Below, one piece after another: positions 58,446-64,000 of a DNA stretch of 64,000 nucleotides (positions within the stretch are counted from its first letter, which is position 1; each line of letters opens with the position of its first letter). The notes under the pieces are model-generated. The model worked only from the letters and a program-made list of their open reading frames with translations, made no database searches and had not been told where the DNA came from. The DNA is taken from NCBI GenBank assembly GCA_002269645.1, contig NIVC01000598.1, forward strand, positions 408,286-472,285, in the 5' to 3' direction. Origin of the DNA: Macrostomum lignano (lineage: Eukaryota). The position numbers and the translations under genes were made by a program.

Positions 58446-59109
58446 CCACTTAGCTTGAAATTCGATCTCCAATAGACTGAGAAAACATTAGGTTAAGGTC
58501 TTGAACAGAAGAATAGGCTCTTGCTATATAGGATAGTTAATTAGCTACTTACTAATTATTGAGAAGAATAAGAAAACACGCAATTAAAGAAGATACTTGT
58601 TACTGTTTTTTACGTACAGTATACATGCTATTATGTGTTGAACGCCAGTGCCGATTAGGTTAGGGCAGAATTAATTTGGATTTACGTGAACGATGACCAT
58701 AGTTCTAATGGCAATAAAATTAAATTTAGATACTGATCCGTATGCTTAGAGGTCAGTGGGAGATAGAAGACATTATTATTAATCAGAGCAGCAAGTTTCT
58801 TGGTTAAGCATCTCAATTCAAAACAGAACAAAACGAAAGGATTCAACTATCAATAATAACTTTTTTAATATGCTTAAACTAGCTTACTAAAAGTAGGCTT
58901 GCGCGGCATTTTAAAATCTTTATCTTGTCAGTGTAAAAACAAAAAAATAAACAGAGGCGAAAAGTACATTCGCAGAAACCAACTGATGTGCAACTAGTAC
59001 GGGCTAACTGAACTTTGAAGACCATTATCGTGTTGATCGGAAGTGGGCGGGGTTTTACTATGAATGCGCTGTACAAGACAAACAATGGATGATGCGAATT
59101 GTTTTGGCT

Positions 59110-59175
59110 TCAAAGCTGCGTAACTCCTTCTTCTGTGAAGAAAGGCCGGCCCTCGCGTGGCGTTTGGTGCTGCGG

Positions 59176-59221
<46 letters not shown>

Positions 59222-62200
59222 TGGCAGATGGCCACGTGGGGTCCAGGTAGGGCGCGAGTCCCAGCCTGCAGCCCCGTGTAGTCTCCGTAGGCTATGGAGG
59301 CGCTCATTGTCTGGTCCGCTGCTGAGCCGCTGCCGCCGCTGCCGCCGTCGCCGCCTCGAGAAGACCGCGGCTTCCAGATCGGACTGGCGCCGTTGATGTC
59401 GGCGCCATGAGCTGCTGACAGCCCTGGGCCACCGTCGCAGCCACCACCACCCGAGGAGGAAGTCGCCGATAGCGCCGGGGACCGGAGCGGCGTCCCGCTG
59501 GCAAAAAGGAGCCGCGCCGAGGGTGACCGGCCTCCGCCGCCGGCGCCTCCGCTGTTCAACGTGCTGATCGTCGAGGAGCTGCCTGCGGCGATGGCGGCCC
59601 CGACACCGCCGCCGCCGCCGCCTCCGATTGGCGGGGTCGGCGCTCCGCAATTGTCGTACTCGCTGGGCGGCAGCTCGGGCGATGCCATCATGAGCTCGTC
59701 CTGAAGATGCCGCTGCTGTGGCGGCGGTGGTGGTGGTGGCGGTGTCGGCGTTCTTTGGCCGTCAAACGGCGGCTGCTGCTGCTGAGTTAGCAGCGGCGGT
59801 GGGGGCGGCAGGATTGAGAGCTCCTTGCTGCTGTCGCTGCTGCCAGCCTGCTGCAGATCTGAGCAGGTGCGGCTGCGGGCCTTCAGCTGCTGCTGCTGCT
59901 CGCTGAGCTCCTGCAGCACCTGTTCTGTTGCTCCCGCCGATGTTGGCTGACTTTGCTGCTGGTTCTGCTGCTGCTGATGGCACGGCAGGTTGAAGTGTCC
60001 GCTGTGCCTCTGCGGCTGCTGCTGCTGCTGCCCGCCGCTCAGCTGCGATGTCGTTCGCATCGGCGGAGTCGGTCGAGGACGTGGAAGCTGCTGATGCTGC
60101 TGCTGCTGCGTAGGTGCCGACTGCCGAAGGCTGGGAAGGCTCATCTGGCGGACGCAGTCCCGAATCATCTGACGGATTGTCTTCAGGAAGTCGTTGCGAG
60201 CTTCCGAGGAGCTGAAGGGATTAGGTTAACCCGATGTCGTCCCCGTCTCAACTGGTTCCTCATTTCAAGCAAAGCTCGTTTCATCTTATGATACCTTAGC
60301 TCAATATCTTCTCACTCCAATCTCAACTCAATCCGATCTCATCTCAACTGAATCTCATCTCAATCCGATCTCATCTCAACTGAATCTCATCTCAACTGAA
60401 TCTCATCTCAATCCGATCTCATCTCAACTCAATCTCATCTCAACCCAATCTCATCTCAACCCAATCTCATCTCAACTCAATCTCATCTCAACTCATTGTA
60501 ATCTCAGCCTGGTTCAATCCATTCGCCCCTCACCAGTTAGACAGCTGATAGACTTTCTCCGAGCGTCTCTCGGCGTCCGAGCGCATGTGCACCAGCTCCC
60601 AGAGGTGGACACCGTCTGTCTCGGAGGTGAACCCGCTGCGGACTTCGACTTCGGCGACAGGAATTACCGTCTGAAATCTGACCAGCTCGCTGATGCCCGG
60701 GCCGCCGCTCAACTGGCTTTGCAGGCTCGGCTGTGACAGTGCAGTAAAAGTACTTTTGTGGCTGTTTCTTTCTAAGAAATCAGTGTCATTTTATACACAA
60801 GCGATTTATATAGTGCTGAAACTGGCTTTATTTTAAAATCCGAGATTTCTTAGAAAGTAGTATTTAAAGCTTAAAAAATTACGAATCGTAAAAGAATTAC
60901 GAATTTATTTTAAACATTCTAATTTTCTTAGAAATTAACGAAACCTTATATCGTATTTCACTGCTCACCTTTGAGTTCTTTCGTTTACTTCTCGACCGCT
61001 CCCTGCAGAGCATGACCACAGCCGATTTGAACACAAAACAGGTTGTGTACAGGTCGATATTCTTTTTAATTTTGCCCAGATTGTCCGAAGCGTTCAGCCA
61101 TTCGACAGTGCCGTACATCTGCAGGTCTCCAATGCTGAGATCCACGGGCTGTGGTGTTGGAGTTTTTATTTACTGTCCAATACACTTCTCAGCTGTAGTT
61201 GCCAGGTTTAACTGGTAGGTTCCCCGTGTAACTGGTAGTTTCCATGTCCAATTAATAGTTTCCATGCCTAACTGGTAGTTTCTATGTCTAACTGGTAGTT
61301 TCCATCTCTAATTGGTAGTTTCCTTGTATAAAATTAGTAGTTTCCTTGTCTAGTTTGTAGTTTCCATGTCTAATTGATAGTTTCCATGCCTAACTGGTAG
61401 TTCCCATGTCAAACTGGTAGTTTCCATGTCTTAGTTGGCAGTTTCCTTGTATAAAATTAGTAGTTTTCATGTCTTATTGGCAGTTTTCATATATAATTGG
61501 TAGTACGAATATCCGTGTGTAATTGGTAGCTTTCATGTCTAATTGTTCGTTTCCCGGTGTAATTTTTAGTTTCCTGATGTAACTGGTAGTTTATGGTAAA
61601 CTGGTAGCTCCTACCTGGACTGGAGGTCATTATTGGTTGTTTCTCCATTTATTGGGTGTAGTTCCCCTGTCTAATTGGCAGTTTTCCTATTAACTGAAAT
61701 CTCAAAGCTAGCTTACAAGTCAACTTACCCTCTTATTCGGATGAATCTCCTTAAATATTCGAGTCAGTTCCTCAAAGGTGGGTCCGTATTCTTCATAAAT
61801 CTTCTGCATCTCATTGATATGCTCGGCCACTGTCTCCATGCCTCGCAAGGCCTCTGAAAAGATAGTCAAATTATTTAAGCTTTGATAATAATAAAAGAAT
61901 CATTATCAAATAATTTGAGAAACCACTCACCCAGAAGTTGTTTTTGCTCCTCGCTTCCAGGAGCAGCTTGAGAGCACAGATTCTGCAACAACAGCGGGTA
62001 CTTGAGAATCCGCTGGATCGGCTTGATCAGGAAAGAGTCGATGGAGGAGGATTGCTCCTGATGCGGGTTCTTGCTCAGCAGGAATTCACGTAGGGTTGGA
62101 TTCTCTTCTGAAATTGAGATTTGGGATCAGGAGGTTATGATTGGTACAGGGTAGGGTCAGGATATGGTTATGATTGGTACAGGGTAGGGTCAGGATATGG

Positions 62201-64000
62201 TTATGATTGGTACAGGGTAGGGTCAGCAGGTTATGATTGGTACAGGTTGGGTCAGGATATGGTTATGATTGGTACAGGGTAGGGTCAGGATATGGTTATG
62301 ATTGGTACAGGGTAGGGTCAGGATATGGTTATGATTAGTACAGGGTAGGGTCAGCAGGTTATGATTGGTACAGGTTGGGTCAGGATATGGTTATGATTGG
62401 TACAGGGTAGGGTCAGGATATGGTTATGATTAGTACAGTGTAGGGTCAGCAGGTTATGATTGGTACAGGTTGGGTCAGGATATGGTTATGATTGGTTGGT
62501 ACAGGTTGGGTCAGGATATGGTTATGATTGGTACAGGGTAGGGTCAGGATATGGTTATGATTAGTACAGTGTAGGGTCAGGATATGGTTATGATTAGTAC
62601 AGTGTAGGGTCAGCAGGTTATGATTGGTACAGGGTAGGGTCAGGATATGGTTATGATTAGTACAGTGTAGGGTCAGGATATGGTTATGATTAGTACAGTG
62701 TAGGTCAGCAGGTTATGATTGGTACAGGGTAGGGTCAGGATATGGTTATGATTAGTACAGTGTAGGGTCAGCAGGTTATGATTGGTCAGGGTAGGGTCAG
62801 GATATGGTTATGATTAGTAAAGTGTAGGGTCAGCAGGTTATGATTGGTACAGGGTAGGATCAGGAGGTTATGATTGGTACAGGGTAGGGTCGGGAGATCG
62901 CGGGGCGCAATCTGAGGCCGTCAGCTCACCCAGGTTGAGCAGTTTCTGACACTTGGAATGATAGGCGCAGAAAGAGCTGTACAGCTTGAAGTGCTCGGCG
63001 TGGTACAGGAAGGATCCGGACAGGACGAATAGAATTCTCTGTAATAAGAATTTACTTTGCTTGTTTTATTGCTGTGGGGGATTCTGTGACTAAGAAACTC
63101 ACCTGTCCCTTCTCACTGATTTAGCACTCTAATGCTTCCCCCGTCACTCCATCGCTTCCCCTGTCACCCATTGCTTCCCCTGTCACTCCATCGCTTCCCC
63201 TGTCACTCCATCGCTTCCCCTGGCACCCATTGCTTCCCCTGTCACTCCATCGCTTCCCCTGTCACTCCATTGCTTCCCCTGTCCCTCCATCGCTTCCCCT
63301 GTCACTCCATCGCTTCCCCTGTCACCCATTGCTTCCCCTGTCACTCCATCGCTTCCCCTGTCACTCCATCGCTTCCCCTGTCACTCCATCGCTTCCCCTG
63401 TCACCCATTGCTTCCCCTGTCACTACATCGCTTCCCCTGTCACTCCATCGCTTCCCCTGTCACCCATTGCTTCCCCTGTCACTACATCGCTTCCCCTGTC
63501 ACTCCATCGCTTCCCCTGTCACCAATTGCTTCCCCTGTCAGTCCATCGCTTCCAGTATCATTCAGTCACTTCCACCTCACCCCAAAAAACCTTCCTTATC
63601 GCTTCAACGTTTCTCCTGTCACTCCAGAACCTCTCCTGTCACTCCAGAACCTCTCCTGTCACTCCAGAACCTCTCCTGTCACTCCAGAACCTCTCCTGTC
63701 ACTCCATACCTCTCCTGTCACTCCATGACCTCTCCTGTCACTCCATACCTCTCCTGTCACTCCAGAGCCCTTCTAAGCAGCCAGCAGAACTTACCCTGAA
63801 CTGCCCAGCATCCGTGAACCTGGTCAAATCCGGCTCCATCCTTACGGCATCGTCAAGCGACTGCAGGAAGACCGCCTGAAAGCCGAGAATTTGCTGAGTG
63901 GTCTCAACCAGCTGCTCAACCTCTGAGTGCCGAGGGAAGACGGTCTGGCTCATTGGTAGAATATATGTGTCTAGCAGGTTGCGCAGATGCCCAACGTAGG
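59110..64000 (-). CDS. TIAM1: Tiam1/2 / Still life Rac-GEF: DH-PH domains and low-complexity C-terminus; 5' part lies beyond the window
   Basis: Phase-compatible exons >64000-63795, 63038-62930 ([18 protein letters not shown]), 62107-61931 ([15 protein letters not shown]), 61853-61729 ([13 protein letters not shown]), 61148-60969 (DLSIGDL...FVFKSAVV), 60730-60534 ([20 protein letters not shown]) and 60211-59110 ([17 protein letters not shown], then a polyQ/P tail). Confidence 0.92.
60300..60500. repeat. aatctcatctcaac 15-20-bp intronic repeat
   Basis: Direct. Confidence 0.88.
61190..61620. repeat. Degenerate 20-bp intronic repeat (aactggtagtttccatgtct)
   Basis: Direct, and more diverged than neighbouring arrays. 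Confidence 0.8.
62130..62890. repeat. 28/33-bp intronic minisatellite (ggttatgattggtacagggtagggtcaggatat)
   Basis: About 24 copies. Confidence 0.95.
63130..63770. repeat. Two related 20-bp intronic arrays (cgcttcccctgtcactccat; ctctcctgtcactccagaac)
   Basis: Direct periodicity; both share cctgtcactcca. Confidence 0.93.

Noticed and set aside
57525-58475. Overlapping 170-240 aa ORFs between RIC-3 and Tiam
   Set aside because: They are produced by a 39-bp (multiple of 3) minisatellite, with no splice or start context supporting a gene.

Overview
Eukaryotic, intron-containing animal genomic DNA. GC-rich exons sit in AT-rich spacers, with (TGTC)n tracts and minisatellite-filled introns; this resembles the flatworm Macrostomum, but the taxon is inferred, not determined. 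Genes that can be reconstructed by hand: a SOCS-box protein (-), TMEM183 (-), a three-copy microsomal epoxide hydrolase cluster (one disabled and truncated inverted copy, two intact tandem copies), a short ADAMTS/reprolysin-like metalloprotease (+), KDM5/lid histone demethylase (+, 6 exons), RIC-3 (+), and the 3' half of a Tiam/Still-life RhoGEF (-). KDM5 and RIC-3 each show one apparent 1-nt frameshift, most likely consensus errors. Non-coding space holds several non-autonomous TIR elements with exact 8-bp TSDs, a 5.7-kb TIR-bounded element with a higher-order repeat inside KDM5 intron 2, two decayed LINE fragments, an LTR-end/PBS remnant, an inverted SINE pair 3' of KDM5, and a different minisatellite in most introns. 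No CRISPR array, rRNA or intact tRNA gene was found. Most long ORFs in the supplied track are translations of repeats. All coordinates were read by eye, and repeat boundaries are approximate.
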